NCBI RefSeq assembly: GCF_009914755.1
Contig: NC_060946.1
Direction: 5' to 3' (one strand)
DNA length: 64,000 nt
From: the human T2T-CHM13v2.0 reference genome, Homo sapiens
How positions within the stretch are numbered: position 1 is the stretch's first letter; each line of letters begins with the position of its first letter. Under the pieces are notes generated by a model. It had not been told where the DNA came from, did not search any database, and saw nothing but the letters and a program-made list of their open reading frames with translations. Positions 1-14,900 of the stretch are shown here, one piece after another. The position numbers were made by a program, and so were the translations under genes.

Positions 1-123
<123 letters not shown>

Positions 124-189
124 TGACTTACATTCTAATAGGGATAATAAACACATAAGTAAACAAGATAAGTTAATAAAACAAGTGTT

Positions 190-383
190 CTGAAGACAAT
201 AGAAGATGGAATGTACTGGAAAGATGGAACATGCTGAAGGCTGAGATGGAATGGGTTAAGGAAGCCTTCTTGAAGGCGTCGACCTTTGATTTGAGACCTG
301 GACGAGGAGCAGGTACCAGCCACGTAAGTATGTGGGAGTTCAGTTTTCCAAGCAGCAGCAGAAGCAACTGCCAAGGCTGTAAG
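190..383 (-). mobile_element. L2 fragment
   Basis: Degenerate antisense L2-like motifs (GGAAGCCTTCTTGAAGG...TTTGAGACCTG...AACTGCCAAGGC); by eye. Confidence 0.45.
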
Positions 384-399
384 AACCAGGGTCCAAATC

Positions 400-595
400 C
401 TAACAGCACTTCAACCTGCCTGTGATGCCCAGTAGCCACCTACTGTCATATAATTGCAGGCAAAGAGCCTCACTCCCCTGAGCTGCAGGTTCCTCCTCCT
501 ACAATGGGGAGGGCAATAACGCCATGCAGCTTGCCAGGAGGACGGCAAGAGCAAGTTAGGTAGAGAGCTTAGCTCAGTCCCTGGTGCAGAAACAT
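400..595 (+). mobile_element. MIR
   Basis: MIR core-like CCCTGAGCTGCAGGTTCCTCCTCCTACAATGGGG and 3' AGCTTAGCTCAGTCCCTGG. Confidence 0.5.
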
Positions 596-826
596 TGTGC
601 CAAATTGTTACCCACATGGCGGAGGGCAGAGAGCGGTTAGAGGCAAACAGCCAGGGTTGGCTTCTTGGAGTGGTAGACTGGGGTGAAATTGCATTTGTTT
701 TTTTAAGAGTTATTTTAATACAGCTGGCCCATTTCGGGGGCATGAACACAGATCAGGGTGAATTGCTGTTTTCCTTCAACAACTATGACCCCAATGGAAT
801 CACCGTTCTCGCCAAACCCCCGCAAT

Positions 827-828
<2 letters not shown>

Positions 829-863
<35 letters not shown>

Positions 864-869
864 ACACAC
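829..869. repeat. (CA)n microsatellite
   Basis: About 20 CA units with one TA interruption. Confidence 0.98.
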
Positions 870-1015
870 GTCAGGGGTGGAAGAACACCCTAAATTGGAG
901 TTGTAGCTCTGCCACTGGCAAATTGCACAGATGTGGACTAGTGATCACTCCTTCTGGCCTTTTTACTTATCTGTAAAATGGGAAGCTGGAACTAGATTGC
1001 CCTTAAATCAAATTC

Positions 1016-1359
1016 TGTCTTCCTCAGTGTGGGTAGGCTGCTGGAACAGAATGCATTAGACGGGGCTGAAACAACAGAATTCTCTCTCTCAGTTCTGGAA
1101 GTCCAAGAGCCTGGAAGTCCAAGATCAAGGTGTTGGAAGATCCTGTGTCCTCACACAGCAGAGGAGAGAGAGAAAGAGAGAGATGACACACACGCTAACT
1201 CCCTGGGTTTCTTTCATAAGGGCACTAGTCCCATCATGAATGCCCCACTCTTGTGACCTAATTACCTCCCAAAAGCCCCATCTCCAAATACCATTGCATT
1301 AGGGATTTAGGTTTCTACATGTGGATTTGGAGGTGACAACAAACATTCGGTCCACAGCA
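1016..1359 (-). mobile_element. MLT1A-type MaLR solo LTR
   Basis: Matches reverse of MLT1A start (AAACATTCGGTCCACAGCA); 5-bp TSD AATTC at 1011-1015 and 1360-1364. Confidence 0.85.
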
Positions 1360-1500
1360 AATTCCTTAATAATCTGGCCCAACAAGATAATTCCATTTCC
1401 GCCAAGCACACTACTCCCCCTGAGGCCTCCATGCCTCTGCCTCTGATCTTTACTGGCTGGAAACCTTTCCTTCCCTTCACCTGGCAAGCTTTTTATGCCC

Positions 1501-1652
1501 ATTTTATTTTATTATTGAGGTATAATTTATATATAGTAAAAGGCCCAGATCTTAAGTACAATTCACTTCCATAAATAAATTCACCTGATTAAGCCAAACC
1601 CCCGTTAAGATACAGAATATTTCCATCACCCCAGAATGTTGCCTCGTGCCCC
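1501..1652 (-). mobile_element. Old L1M 3' end
   Basis: TTTATTATTGAGGTATAATTTATATATAGTAAA...AGAATATTTCCATCACCCCAGAA typical of L1MC/D/E 3' ends. Confidence 0.65.
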
Positions 1653-2149
1653 TGGTCCCAAGGCTGGGGTTGGGGTAAAGCAAACCACCAGAGCACATTT
1701 AAAGCTCTCCTTGGCCCAGCATGTTCCATTGGCCTGAACGGATCATACAGCCAAGGCCTGAGTTAAACAGGAAGGCTCATCTGCTTGCAGCACAATATGG
1801 AGGGTGAGAGGCTACAGGAAGCTAGGATCACACTTAGCTGAGGTCATTCTGACTTCACATGCCATAAAAATCCAAGCTGATAATACAACGTTATGCTGTC
1901 ATGACAACCATCATAATTCTTGTTTTTACCTTCGACTGAGCAAAGGTGAAAAAAAATGCTTGATCGTATTGGCCAGGTGCTGGAGGTCAGTCTCGCATGC
2001 CGCTGGTAGAAAGATAACTTGGTCATCCTTTCTGGAGGACAACTTGGTAACATTTTATGAAGCAATGAGAAAATGCTCAGATCATTCATCAGGCATTACC
2101 TTGCCATGAATTTCATCAGATGAGGCCACAAACATCTCCCTCCCTCTGA

Positions 2150-2577
2150 GGGTGCATCACCAGGGTTGCATGGAGTGGGTGGAAACTCCATTTTCTTTCC
2201 ACAATCTTCCTTCCCTGCCCTCAGCCCTGCCACAGTCCCTGTGGGTAGTGTCGCTTTCAGAGCTTCCTTGCCTCAAGGCTGGGTCATGAGACCTGCTTGG
2301 AACGCTGGGATGTGGGCAGAAGGGACGGCATGGCTCTTTGAGGCATGCCAGGGTTCCACTCCCCCTCTGGCTTTCCTGCCCCCCACCATCAGAAGAGATG
2401 TCTGAGCTGACACCACTCCTTCTTCCTGGGTTTTGGGGAGAGGGGGGCAGAAACAGGTGGAACAGGCCTAAACCCAATCACAGCCCAAAATCGAGCATGG
2501 TGCTTGTCATTGGAAGCCACTGAGAGACAGGGAATGTTTGTTATGCAGCATTATTACAGCCAAAGCTGACTAATATG
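2150..2577 (+). mobile_element. Old MLT1 (J/K-like) LTR
   Basis: 3' terminus AAGCCACTGAG...TGTTTGTTATGCAGCATT...GCTGACTAATA. Confidence 0.55.
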
Positions 2578-2683
2578 ATGGGGGACATTTTAAAACAACT
2601 GAGCAAAAGTAGAAAAACATTGTTAAATGCTTACTGTGTTCCATGCAGGCACTTAACCAAGAGCTTTACAAATAATAACTCAT

Positions 2684-3001
<318 letters not shown>

Positions 3002-3053
3002 TTAATTCTTACAGCAACTGTATGTGGTCAGCGCAGTTTTCAAACTTATTTTA

Positions 3054-3400
<347 letters not shown>

Positions 3401-3869
3401 TAAATAAGTTGTCTCTGATGAATCACCAGTGCCTGGCAGAGCCCAGATCTGAACCTGTGCAGCTTGGCTCTGGCACCCAGATGTTTATTCACACTGGTGG
3501 CAGAGATTTGGCTCCGTAAAGCCGTTAACAACCCAGATAACGGAATGTCTGCAGCCCTTAAAAAGACACAGTCAAGCAGGTTAAATGGTCAGTCCTCAAC
3601 CTTTCCTTTTGCTGAACAGCCACTGTAGATGGTGTCCCATACCCCTCTCCCCTGAGCACACCCCCTGACCAGTGCAGCACACACCACCTGTCATGTGACC
3701 ACGGCCACGAGCACCCCCTCATTCCAGCTAAGCAAATGCCTCAGAGCCCCTGTACCTGATGTCGACCTTGAACTCATGATGATTTCTGAAAAAGGTCATG
3801 GACTTTCCAAAGCATCAGCATATAAAATGCTTACAAGCCTTCATGCATCCATGGTGGCCATTATTTTAA

Positions 3870-4178
<309 letters not shown>

Positions 4179-4359
4179 TATTATTTCTTGATGTAGAGAA
4201 GAAGCTGTGTGTGTGTGTTTACAGAGAGGGATAGGGATCCCAAATTTGGAAGGAAGGAAGAAAAGGAGGGAGGGAGAGAAGAGAGGGAGAAAGAGAAGGG
4301 AAGACAAGGAAAGTGAAAAGAAGCAAAATAAATACCCTCCCACACATAGCCCTGTTGGG

Positions 4360-4760
4360 TTGTTTTGTCTGTTCTGGTTTCACATATAAATGTCATCTTG
4401 GAATGGGTCATCTTTTCTGTCTGATGTTTTCCACTCAACACTGAGAGAGTCATCGTCGCTGCTGCCTTTGTCTGTGGCACCTGCGTTCTTGTTATTGTGA
4501 AGTATTCCATTGTGTGGCTCTCCCAAGTGCACCTCTCCACCCACTGTGATGGGCGTACGGGTGGACTTCTAGTCTGAAACGGTCAGGAACACCCCAGTGG
4601 GTGTCTCTGCACCTGCGGTGAGCAGCTGTGTACATTTCCGCCCTCTGCAAACATCCTTCGGAGCAGGATGGCCGGGTCACTGCGGGGCTCAGGTTCAGCT
4701 TAGTAGATACTGCCAAGTGGTTTTCAAAATGGCTGAGCCGGTTTCCAATCCTGCCAGCAT
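4360..4760 (-). mobile_element. L1ME-type 3' fragment
   Basis: TTCACATATAAATG...TTCCACTCAACA...GTATTCCATTGTGTG...GATACTGCCAAGTGGTTTTCAAA. Confidence 0.6.
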
Positions 4761-4789
4761 TTATTTCATCTATGGCACAGAGGCTATGA

Positions 4790-5168
<379 letters not shown>

Positions 5169-5174
5169 GAGGCA

Positions 5175-5305
5175 GTTTTTGAGGTGCTGATAACATTGTA
5201 TCCAGATCTGGGTGCTGGATACATGGGTCTGTAACCATTGACAATTCACCCAGCTACACACTCAGAATTGGTGCACTTTTCTAGATACATATTATACTTC
5301 AATAT
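5175..5305 (+). mobile_element. Old L1M 3' end
   Basis: GGTGCTGATAACATTGTATC...GTGCACTTTTCTAG...ATTATACTTCAATA. Confidence 0.6.
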
Positions 5306-5410
5306 GTTTTAGAAGAAATATGTCCATAAACGCAGATACATATACACAACTCTGCAGCAAGGGGCATGAAAAATTAAAAAATAAATAATAAATATTTTTA
5401 AAAGATACAT

Positions 5411-5700
5411 GGCTGCATGTGGTGGCTCACGCCTGTAGTCCCAGTACTTTGGGAGGCTGCCGCTTGAGCCTAGGAGTTCCAGACCAGCCTGGACAACAAA
5501 GTGAGACCTTGTGTCTACAAAAAAAGTTTTAAAATTAGCCAGCTGCGGTGGCATGCGGGTATGGTCCCAGCTACACAGGAGGCTGAGGCAGGAGGATCGC
5601 CGTAGCCCAGGAGGTTGAGGCTACAGTGAGCTGAGATCGTGTCACTGCCCTCCAGCCTGGGTAACAGAGTGAGATCCTGTCTCCAAAAAAAAAAAAAAAA
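5411..5700 (+). mobile_element. AluJ-like with short internal deletion
   Basis: Dimer with poly(A); left arm lacks about 12 nt after GGGAGGCTG. Confidence 0.92.
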
Positions 5701-5756
5701 GATAAACGCATGAGTCAAATGTCCCCACGTCCTCTAGTTATTGCCATCTTTCCCCT

Positions 5757-6255
5757 TAATACGCAAATATGTATGGGTCACCTGCTATGTGCCAGACACT
5801 GGGTGTACAGTGGTTCGCCAGACAGTGCTTGCACACACAGGGCATACATGCTAGGGGCAGGAAAAAATCATACACGAGTAGCCAGATAGGCACATCAATG
5901 ATGGCGGCTGTGACGTGTGCTCTGAAACAAAAGGGGCTGCAGAGAGGAATGAAGGATCCAGCCTTCACTTAGCCAGGTCATCCAGAAAGAGCTGTCCTCG
6001 TGGGGCCAGGGGGCCCAGCCAGGAGGAAGTAGCAGGTAACAAGTATCCTGGGTACTGGGAACAAGAGGAGAAGATCTTGGGGCACCCAGGGACCAGCAAA
6101 GAAGCTGTAGGCCTGAGGGCCAAAGAGCAAGGCAGGGGAATGGCGCAAGGCAGGGTGAGGAGGCAGCTGGAGGAACAAGGAGCTGGAGTCTCATCCTAAG
6201 AGCAGTGGGAGCCACAGAGTGTTCAGGCAGGAGAGTAGCATGATCAAGTTTAGGT
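5757..6255 (-). mobile_element. L2 3' region
   Basis: CACCTGCTATGTGCCAGACACTG and ATCCTAAGAGCAGTGGGAGCCAC...AGCATGATCAAGTTT. Confidence 0.55.
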
Positions 6256-6584
6256 GCCAACCTGCACCTCCCCGTGATAACGCCACACAGGCCACCATCT
6301 CTCCTGGAGTTTCCTGGCCTCACCCTCCAAATTCCTGGGCAGTCATACTGGCAGTCACACACCCCTAAAAGGAACACTGGGAGGAGCTGCACGAAAAGGC
6401 TGTCATCATTGTCCCTGGGAGGAAGAGTGAGGCAAATGTGCCTCTTAATATGAGGTTTGCACCCAAATTTTCTTCAAGTAATTCTTACATTATGATTACA
6501 TATTACATACAAATACATGTTTATTATATACAAATGCAAATACATGTTTATTATATATTAACGTATAATTAAGTTTTTTTTTAA

Positions 6585-6941
<357 letters not shown>

Positions 6942-7029
6942 TGAAAAGGTGTGCCATGCATCCTGGCTTCAGCTAGTGCAGGAACAGGTCCTAATCCGTT
7001 CCACCCTGGCAGTTTTGCTGAGAAGGGAC

Positions 7030-7510
7030 TCTGATCCAGGTACTTCTCTAGGCTCATGGGACACATCAGTGAACAAACAAGTAGGAGTCCCTGTCCCTGG
7101 GGAACTTATCTTCCTGCAGGGAGAGAAAGATGGTAAAGCATGAAGGAAGTAGACAGGTTCAGTTCTTACAGTGCTGGAAGGAGGTAAGAACAGACAAGGC
7201 AGGTGGGGAGCACCCAGGGTGGAGTGTCCTACCCCACGGTGGTCAGGGAGGCCTGGGGAAGGGAAGGCCTGCGGGCACCTGGAGGGAGAGCTCCTCAGGC
7301 AGAGTCAAGGCTCTTGGGGATGTGGGGGCTGTGTGCCTGGCAAGGTCAAGGGCACAAACAAGGAAGCTGGCATCGGGCCTGGAGAGGAGGCGGTGAGCAG
7401 CTCACGGAGGGTCACTTATGGCCATTGGCTCTCACTCTGAGTGAGATGCCTCCAGGTATTGTGCAGAGGAGAGAACTGACCAGCCTCATTTTACAGGGAC
7501 ATTTGGGCCG
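7030..7510 (-). mobile_element. L2 fragment
   Basis: CTAGGCTCATGGGACACATCAGTGAACAAAC...GTCCCTG...GTGGTCAGGGAGGCCT. Confidence 0.5.
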
Positions 7511-8584
7511 CTGCGCTGCAAGCATCAAGGGCAGCAGCAGGGACGCCCCCGTGGTCCCTCCATCGGCTCCAGGGGAGACGCGGGGACATGCCAGCCATAG
7601 CAGTGGGCTGCAGAGAGGCACCGCCGTACCTGCATCAGCTCTGCTGGTGGAAGTTTCGGGGTCCCCCATGGGTCTTGTGTGGGGAAATGAGAGAAAGTGG
7701 AGGGCAGTAGCCAGCTTCATCCCACCAGCACCTAACCAGCCCGCACCCTCACTCTATCGCCACCATTGCCTGGGGCGGTGGGTTTGCCATCCCCTACTGT
7801 GACCATGGCATGGTGGTGGCCATCTGGCCTTTGGAAACAGCAGCTTTCCTAGCACATCTTAAAGAGTCTACATCCCACCCTCGGCTTTTGGGGAATCTCA
7901 TGTCCAGACACGGCCATAAGGTGGCCCTGGCCTTTGCCACAGTGACAAGGTTGGGCACTGCATCCAGGTCATTCACCAGGACCCCCGCAGGAAGCTCCAC
8001 TTGAGGCCACAGTCTTACATCCAGGCTGGGAAAAGCTCTGCCTCTCCTGAGAAGCCCCCACGATCTTTTCTTCTCTCCAGGACCAAGAACCTGCCCCCAC
8101 GGCCCGTTCTTGGAGCCAGGCTTGACCATCTTCCCAGCAGCTCTGTTCAGCGTGATGTATTCCCTTTGTGTCGGTACCTCTTGATTCCAAGAATCAGACT
8201 TACACAAAGTTGAGGGGCTTATTTTCAGGATAATGCAGAAGTTTGGGAAAGCCTAAGAATGGCTCAGAGCAGAGCTGCTGGGCTGGAGGCTTCCTGGGGT
8301 TTCCACTCCGTGCCTCTGGCTTCATTCTCTCTACCCCATCCATCCCCGTGCAGGAGAAACAGTTTCTCTCCGGGTGACAGGCTCTGTGACTCAGTCGCCC
8401 TGGCACTTGATTTCTGTGTCTCAGCCCAGACCTGAATAGGTCATCTCTGTCCAAGGGCAGGAGGTGGCAGGACCTGGGCAGTACCCAAAGAACATCAGGT
8501 GGAAAGGGGCAGGCCTGGGGCAAGGATGCAGCCCCTGCACTGTGCAACAGTAGGCATCCCCTGCCTCTTCTTTCCTGTACTTAA

Positions 8585-8918
<334 letters not shown>

Positions 8919-8974
8919 AGCATTTTAAACAAGCCTATTTTGGAAACATCTATGAAACAGCAATGGTATTTTAT

Positions 8975-9142
8975 CTCATGATCTCATTGTATCTTCAATA
9001 GAGTCCAACAATGGAGGCACTGCATGCTCCCATCGTGCAGATGAGGAAACAGGCTCAGAGGGGTGAGGTGACTTGTCCAAGGACACACAGCTACAAAGTG
9101 ATACAAAGGATTCATACCCAGTCCTTTCTGACTCCAAAAGCT
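8975..9142 (-). mobile_element. MIR
   Basis: Core CAGATGAGGAAACAGGCTCAGAGGGGTGAGGTGACTTGTCCAAGGACACACAGC. Confidence 0.85.
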
Positions 9143-9829
9143 GTGTGGGGGTTTTTTTCCCCATATCAAGACAAACTTGTTCTTAAGGCTGATTCCAACC
9201 CTCTCTGAAATGTGGGGAAGAGTACAAATGCATCCGATAAATAAACAAAAGCATTAGGATGTCTGCCCTCATAACGCCCAGCTGTCTGGGGTCGAGCTTA
9301 GGAAGAACCGGACGCTTCAGTTCTCCCGCAGGGCATGAGCTCCCGTCTCAGCAAAATGCCTCAAATGTCAAAACCTGACTTTAATTAGCAGAAATCTCTG
9401 GGTGTATGTGGTGCCAGGATCCATCTAGGATGCAAAGAGGCAACAGCTGTTTATTAGCTCAACAGCCAGAGGCGGGCGCAGGGAGGGTTCCTCCAATAGC
9501 CCTGGAGCCCGCCCACTCCTCCAGGGGATGTGGGGAGGTAGCGAAGCCCCTGGCATTGCCTGCTCCAGGCGATGGAATCCCTGGCAGCAACATCACCTGT
9601 TTCTGGGGTGGGACATCCTGGGGCCCAAGATGCTAGAGATTCCTGGGGCTGGCAGGGGAGCCTGTGGCTGAGGAACTACCACCGACACCTGTGCCCACAG
9701 TCACTGGACTCAAAGTTGGAGAAGGTTTTATCCATGTCCTTCTTGGAGGCCTTTTTGAAGGACCTAATTATCCCAAACCTGGTCCGGTCGGTACCTTGAT
9801 TGACCCGCTAAAACCTAAGTCTTGTTAAA

Positions 9830-10055
9830 AGCATCTGACAGCCGCTTGTCACCCAGAAGCCGCCAGCGTCTGAGCAGGGAGCCGAAAACGCTCTTTTTCA
9901 ATGCCAATGAGAAGGTCGTCAGCAGCGGGACTGGAAACCTGTTTGCCTGTTAAGAATTTGCATTCATGCTGTTATTTCCTCAAGCTGCTCTCCACTGCAG
10001 AGAGCGGGAGATAAAAAAGCCTAAAGAGATGAGAGCACTCTCCGATGAGTCACAC
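9830..10055. promoter_or_regulatory. Candidate enhancer (motif cluster)
   Basis: Non-repeat, CpG-retaining; TGACAG 9836, TGCCAA 9902, TGTTTGC 9940, ATTTGCAT 9956, AGATAA 10009, TGAGTCA 10046. Confidence 0.35.
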
Positions 10056-10069
10056 GGCGTTAACCTTAA

Positions 10070-10291
10070 CTAACATTTGCACAGTGCTTTCGGCACACGG
10101 GCACTGCTTACAACGCTGCACGCGCATTCCTCTTCCAATTCTCTCAACGGCTCTGTGTGGCAAACAGTGTTGCTGTCATCCCCAATTACATATGGGACAC
10201 TGAGGCATGGAGATAAGTCAGGTGTCCAGGGCTGTACATCTAGCAAGTGGCAGAGCAGGGATTTGAACGCTGGCAGCCAGACCTGGAGCCC
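10070..10291 (-). mobile_element. MIR
   Basis: CCCCAATTACATATGGGACACTGAGGC...AGCAAGTGGCAGAGCAGGGATTTGAAC. Confidence 0.75.
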
Positions 10292-10454
10292 AAATGTCAG
10301 CCAGGACGTGCCTCAGTCACCTTTGCACCTGCCCTCATTTTCACCACCTGAGTCCCTACCCTCCTGTGCACCAGGCCGACCTTCTCAGCCTCATGACTCA
10401 GCTCGACCCTGATATCTTCCCGGAGGCTTCTGGGCACTCCGGGTGATTGGCACT

Positions 10455-10592
10455 CCCTACATTGCAAATGCAGCAGTGGAGGCTCAGAGAGGCTAAGTCA
10501 CTTTCTCAGGGTCACACAGCCAGGAAGTGGCAGGGCCGGGATTCAAGTCCCAGGATGCCTGATCTGTGAGCTCAGACACTTAACCAGTGCTC
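10455..10592 (-). mobile_element. MIR
   Basis: GAGGCTCAGAGAGGCTAAGTCACTTTCTCAGGGTCACACAGCCAGGAAGTGGCAGGGCCGGGATTCAA. Confidence 0.8.
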
Positions 10593-10649
10593 TGAGATGG
10601 CTCAGGCAAGTCTGGAGCCCCCCTCATCTGACAGCAATGCCCCTGCTTT

Positions 10650-10693
10650 CTCCCAAAGTGCTGAGATTACAGTCATGAGCCACTGTGCCTGGC
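10650..10693 (-). mobile_element. Isolated 44-bp Alu 5'-end fragment
   Basis: CTCCCAAAGTGCTGAGATTACAGTCATGAGCCACTGTGCCTGGC with no further Alu sequence. Confidence 0.85.
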
Positions 10694-11244
10694 CCATCAT
10701 TTCTAACCTGAACTGGCCCACACAGAGGGCTTGCGTGAAGGGTCAGCATCGAACCCCAGGCAGATCCTGGCCTTTCCAGGTCCAGCTGTCAGAGCTGCCT
10801 CCAACCCTGCAGCCTGACCCCAGGCCAGCCTAGGTTTGGCCCTGCTCACTCCTCCAGCCTCATGGACCCAGCACACCTGGCCCAACTTGACTCAACTCCC
10901 TGTACCTCTTGCCCTGGCCTGGCTTCCCTGCCCTGGCTTGGGCTGACCTCTCTCCCCTGCCTAAAGCCCTTTCTCTCACCCCTTGCCTGGAGTCCTCCTT
11001 CAGATCTAACTAGATTCATCTCAGATGTCCTCTCCTGAATCTACCATGCCCCTGGGCACTGCCTCTGGGCTCTCAGCCCCTGCCCTTCTTCCCTCCTCCA
11101 GCATCAAGGCCAACAAAGGTTGAGGAAAGTCAATACCAAGTCCTAGGGCTTGAGGTCTGCAAGGGGTCAAGGCCAGGGACTAGGTTTAACTTTGCTTAGC
11201 ATCCTTGGAGTATGGCACAGAGCAGACACAAGTATTTGAGGGAC

Positions 11245-12075
11245 AGGTGGGTAGTTAGGTGGGTGGGTGGACGGGTGGATGGATGGATGGATGGATAGAT
11301 GGATGGGTAGGTGGATGGTGGATGGATGAATGGGTAGGTGGATGGATGGATAAGTTAATGAATGTATGGGTAGGTGGATGGATGGATGAGTAGGTGGATG
11401 GATGGATGGATAGGTGGGTGGATGGGTGGGTGAGTGGATGGATGGATGGATGGATGGATGGATGGATGGATGGATGGGTAGGTGAATGGGTCAGTGGATG
11501 GATGGATGGATGATGGATAGGTGAATGGGTCAGTGGATGGATGGATGGGTAGGTGGATGGATCTATGGGTAGGTGGATGGATCTATGGGTAGGTGGATGG
11601 GTGGGTGGGTAGATGGATGGCCAGATGGGTGGATGACTGGGTAGATGGATAGGTGAGTGGATGGATGGATGGATGGATAGATGGATGGGTAGGTGGACGG
11701 TGGATGGATGAATGGGTAGGTGGATGGATGGATAAGTTAATGAATGGATGGGTAGGTGGACGGATGGACGGGTAGGTGGATGGATGGATAGGTGGGTGGA
11801 TGGATGGGTGAGTGGATGGGTGGGTGAGTGGGTGGATGGATGGATGGATGGATGAATGGGTCGGTGGATGGACGGATGGGTAGGTGGATGGATCTATGGG
11901 TAGGTGGATGGGTGGGTGGGTGGATGGGTGGGTGGGTAGATGGATGGATGGATGGGTGGACGAGTGGGTAGGTAGATAGGTGAGTGAATGGATGGATGGA
12001 TAGATGGATGAATGGTGGATGGGAGGATTGGTGAGTGAATTGATGGTTGGGCATATGGATGGATGAATGGATAGA
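11245..12075. repeat. Complex (TGGA)n/(TGGG)n array with higher-order duplication
   Basis: About 830 bp of GGAT/GGGT/AGGT units; landmark TAAGTTAATGAATG at 11351 and 11733. Confidence 0.97.
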
Positions 12076-13762
12076 AGGAAGGAGTGGAACTGACGTCCTG
12101 TGCTTTAATATGATGGATCAGTTTTGTTTCTTCTATAGCAAGAAAACCCCCAAGCCCCACCCTGCCGCACCCTCCCCCAACAATGTTAGGAGCCTTTTCT
12201 GGGCTCCCTCTCCCCTTCCTGAACTCCCTTGTGCCACAGCCCTGAGCACATTGTGTGGTCACCCTCTGGGTCTGCATTTATGTCCACCCCCTGACCATGA
12301 GAGCCTGAGGGTCAGCTCCGTGTATACAGTGCCCCGCACAGGGCCTGGCATATAGCCCCTTGAGTGGCAGGACTCATACTCAAGTGGCAGGTGCTGGAGA
12401 GGCAGATGACTATGACACATTGGCACCTGCACCACTCACTCTGCACAGGGCTCTTCCAGGAAGGCCAGCATGGCCTCCACCAAATACACTGGCATTGGCA
12501 AGAGCCTCTCTGGCCTGGGACCACATAGGAGCAGCAACCAGGGACGGCATCCCTCACATTTATGGTGGAGCTGTTTATGTAGAAATAAAGGCAGAAGGCT
12601 AGAGCCAAGCCAGCCAAGCCAACTGGGGTCAGGAGGGATCCTCCTAGGAGGGAAGCCTGGCCCACCTGGGCCCCAGGTCTACAGGGTAACCAGCTAGGTG
12701 GGAGTGACAGTGGGGACATGGGACTCAGCCTCTTGTTCTGCCCCTTAAGGGATGCTGCAAGGTGATGCCGCAAGACATGAACTCAAGGACTGACAGCCCC
12801 AGGTTCAATGCTGACTCTGCCACTGGATGGCTGTGTGCCCTTGAGCCTGTCCCTTGCCTCCGGGGTCTAAGTTCCCACATGGGTGCTGTGAGAATGGGTG
12901 GGTTACAGTGGTCATTACTGTGCGGTGTGTTGCAACGAGCCATTCAGTTGCGTCACCTCACTCCTACTCCTTCCTCCCTCCCCAGCTTCTCCCCTACCCT
13001 GCTGTCTGCTCCTGGCTTCCCCGCTGTTTCTCAAACTTGCCAAGCAGGCTGCCCACTTAGGGTCTTTGGGTCTTTGCACTAGTACTCCTGTAGATGAGCA
13101 CTGCCAGCCCTCACTTGCCGGGTCTCTGTTTGATGCCATCCCCATGGAGAGAGCACCCTCATCCCCATGGGAAACTCCCCAGGGCAGCTGGGGTCATGTC
13201 TCTCATTCACACGGTGTTTTGGCAGCACCAGGAGTGAGGGAGTATCTGCTTGGAGGAACTGGGAAAGGTTCACAAAGAAGGTGGCATTTCTGGGTTTTGA
13301 AGGATGAGTAGGAGTTGGCCTGATCAAGAAGAAAGGCCTCACGATTCCAGCATCAGAACAAGTATTGGTTAATAGAGTGCAGAATGGAAACACTGACTGA
13401 GAAGCAGGGAAAGAAGTGATGGTAAAGAAGAGGGGGCGGTGTTGACGCCAGGGTCCCAGGGGAGTTTTTCCAGCATATTTTCAGCTGAGGGCGTAGGGTT
13501 TCCTGGGAGCCTTGCAGGCACAGGAGTTATGAGAGCCATAGGGCTGCTTGTGTCCCCACCCAAGATCTGCCCAGGCCTCAGCACACAGTCAGTGCTCACA
13601 GACAGTGCACCCGTACCCATGCAGGCTGATGTACCTGGAGGAGCCAAGATTCTGGGTGTCCCGAGCAGTGGCTTCATCAGCCAGAGCTAAGGGGGTCCAG
13701 CCCCACCAGGATGGCCTCTTGCAGTCAGTCCAGAAACACCAACCATCAGAGTAGCAGCCTCA

Positions 13763-14289
<527 letters not shown>

Positions 14290-14734
14290 TCAGTGTATGG
14301 GGAGATGGAGCCTGGCAGGCTCTGCTCTACCTCTCCTTGTCATGGCTCTCAGGCAGGGGCATCAGTGTCAGCCCCTCACCTCTCTTTGGCATCTGGCCAG
14401 GAGGAGCCTCAGCCTCCTGCTCCATGCCAGGCTCCTGTGTCTGTGCCCTGCACCTGTTCATTTCAGCTCTGCCCACAGTGATGTGCCTCCGCTCTGGCTC
14501 TGGCTCTGCTCCAGAACCTTCTCAGGCTCAGCCTTAACCCCAGCCAGATGCATCAGAGCCTTTAAGGTTGGCCCCTGCTCTGAGCCTGAACAGACGGGGG
14601 CAGAACCCACGTGGGCATGAAGTGGGAGGCTGAGCTCCACCGCTCTGAGCAGCCCCTTCCCCCTTCCCTGTGTGTGACTGCCGGGCTCCTGGGTCCCAGC
14701 TCCCTGGCCAGCAGTGCGGGCTGCAGAGGAAGAC

Positions 14735-14900
14735 TGATCTGGGTTCGACTTATCATCCTGTTGCCTCGCAGCCACGTGGCCTTGGGCAAGTCACTTCACC
14801 TTTAGGAGCCTCGGTTTACTCATCTGTGAAATGGGCATCACAGAGCCTCCTTCAAGGCATTGCTCTCCAGATTAAAGGGGAAGCTATATAGTCCCTGCAC
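14735..14900 (+). mobile_element. MIR
   Basis: CTGGGTTCGA...GTGGCCTTGGGCAAGTCACTTCACCTTTAGGAGCCTCGGTTTACTCATCTGTGAAATGGG. Confidence 0.8.

Noticed and set aside
6510-6557. 21-bp direct repeat CAAATACATGTTTATTATATA (period 27)
   Set aside because: Simple two-copy slippage duplication in AT-rich sequence; no array or spacer structure.
7203-7802. 199-aa ORF
   Set aside because: Non-ATG start, overlaps L2-like sequence, no recognisable domain; expected by chance in GC-rich DNA.
11737-12277. HPPIHP-rich ORFs
   Set aside because: Translation of the (TCCA)n microsatellite.
14307-14435. 11-bp inverted repeat GGAGCCTGGCA / TGCCAGGCTCC
   Set aside because: Short arms with a ~107-bp spacer in GC-rich sequence; no TSD or transposon features.
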